NCBI RefSeq assembly: GCF_001194135.2
Contig: NC_068995.1
Coordinates: 15,711,328 to 15,775,327 of the forward strand
Reading direction: 5' to 3'
Length of the DNA stretch: 64,000 nt
Origin: Octopus bimaculoides
Lineage: Eukaryota
The notes beneath the pieces are model-generated. The model was not told where the DNA came from and searched no databases. It saw only the letters and a list, made by a program, of their open reading frames with translations. This document shows positions 62,690 through 64,000 of this stretch, piece by piece (positions within the stretch are counted from its first letter, which is position 1; each line of letters opens with the position of its first letter). The position numbers were made by a program, and so were the translations under genes.

Positions 62690-62719
62690 TTATTTAACAT
62701 GCTAATATTAAATAAAACA

Positions 62720-62928
62720 AAGGAAGCCAGTTACAAGACTCATTAGCTTGCCGGGCAAAATGCTTAACAGCATTTCGTCTGCCTGTATGTTCTGCGTTCA
62801 AATTCCGCCGAGGTCGACTTCGTCTTTCATCCTTTCGAGGCCGATAAAATAAATACCATTTGAGCACTGAGATCGATGTAATCGACTTACACACACCCTC
62901 GAAATCCTTGTGCCGAAAATTTGAAATC
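62720..62928 (+). mobile_element. SINE family 1 copy
   Basis: Consensus match; perfect 16-bp TSD AATATTAAATAAAACA (62704-19, 62929-44). Confidence 0.9.
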
Positions 62929-63249
62929 AATATTAAATAAAACAGCAGAGTGAAAAACAGAGGCCACAGAAGCTAACTTTGTTTCATTCTTCTGTGATTC
63001 CTAGGGTTGCCATTTAATGAAGCACTCAAATACTGGGTTGAAGGGTTCCTATCACAAAAGTGCATTGTTTTTCCTATGTTAGAATCAATATTTAATAAAA
63101 CATATAAGCTGTGGAGGGTTGTAAATGGCAGCTTGCTTACAACTGGCAGGTAACCAACCATTTTCAATCCACCACCCAAGACTAGATTATTATTTATTAA
63201 ATGAGCCGGTCTGCTCTAGGTACAAGACCTGAACATTTTTGTAGTGAAG

Positions 63250-63645
63250 AGTAGTTTGTCGATACCCTCAACGCCAGTGTTTAGTTCGTACTTATTTTAT
63301 CGACCCTGAAAAAATGAAAAGCAAAGCCGGCGGAATTCGAACTCGAATGCAAACAGTCAGAAGAAATGCTGCTATGCATTTTGTCTGGCGCGGCAACGAT
63401 TCTTCCAGCTCACCACTTTATTAATTAAATAATATTTTCTATAATCAGCACAAGCCCTGCAATTTGGGGAACGGAGCTAGTCGATTACTTTGACCTCTGG
63501 GCTTAAATGGTACTTATTTTATAGTTAACGAAAGGACGATATGCAAAATCGGCCTCGGCGGAATTCGAGCTCAAGTCGCATCGAGGGAGAAAATGCTGCG
63601 AAACACGTTGTCTGGCGTGCTAACAATTCTGCCAGCTCACTGTCT
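63250..63645 (-). mobile_element. Two tandem minus-strand SINE family 1 copies (~63250-63418 and ~63445-63645)
   Basis: Reverse-complement consensus matches. Confidence 0.82.
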
Positions 63646-64000
63646 TCTTTATTAAATAAATAGTAAATATAATTTCTTAATAAATGTATCGAGATTCTAA
63701 ATATTGTTTGCAGACCCACTCTATCATAGTCTTTGCCTTGAACTAATGGAGTCATTGGTGCGAAGTCGGAACATACTCTGTGCTTCTGGATTCTATGTTA
63801 AAGGCTGTCAGATTTACATTTCATCTTTCATCCAACGATAAAACTAAATACCCGTTACATTCTAGGGCTGATTGAATAGACATTCTCCTTTCCTACAAAT
63901 TTATGTTTTGTGCTAATGTAAAAATTAATGTTATATGAAACCAAACCAGTGTCAATACCTAATACCATACTCTTTGTATTCTTATTCTCTGTGTGATCTT

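Overview
Eukaryotic, AT-rich, microsatellite- and transposon-dense DNA from a gapped draft assembly. The repeat content is most consistent with an octopus (cephalopod) genome; this is an inference from the SINE and microsatellite landscape. I found no supportable host-gene exon, true tRNA/rRNA gene or CRISPR array. Almost every listed ORF is microsatellite translation, N-gap read-through or decayed transposon coding sequence. Recognisable elements are: an internally deleted Helitron with both termini (2250-3180), a near full-length Tigger/pogo DD32D transposase pseudogene (54.4-56.1 kb), mariner, Tigger and hAT MITEs with target-site duplications (TSDs), fossil LINEs (R4/Dong-like, RTE, Tx1/L1, possibly Penelope), many tRNA-derived SINEs with shuffled head/tail modules, and a 30-bp minisatellite. 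The most interesting signal is a set of minimal type-I hammerhead ribozyme (HHR) motifs at three loci with unrelated stems. One has an intact core (13697-13751, minus strand) and sits at the breakpoint of a 405-bp local duplication whose other copy starts at a TTAGGG-like junction. An inverted pair is defective in complementary parts (20409-20600). A core-deleted motif lies inside a tRNA-headed SINE-like element (45128-45358). All alignments and translations were done by eye; coordinates of degenerate repeats are approximate.
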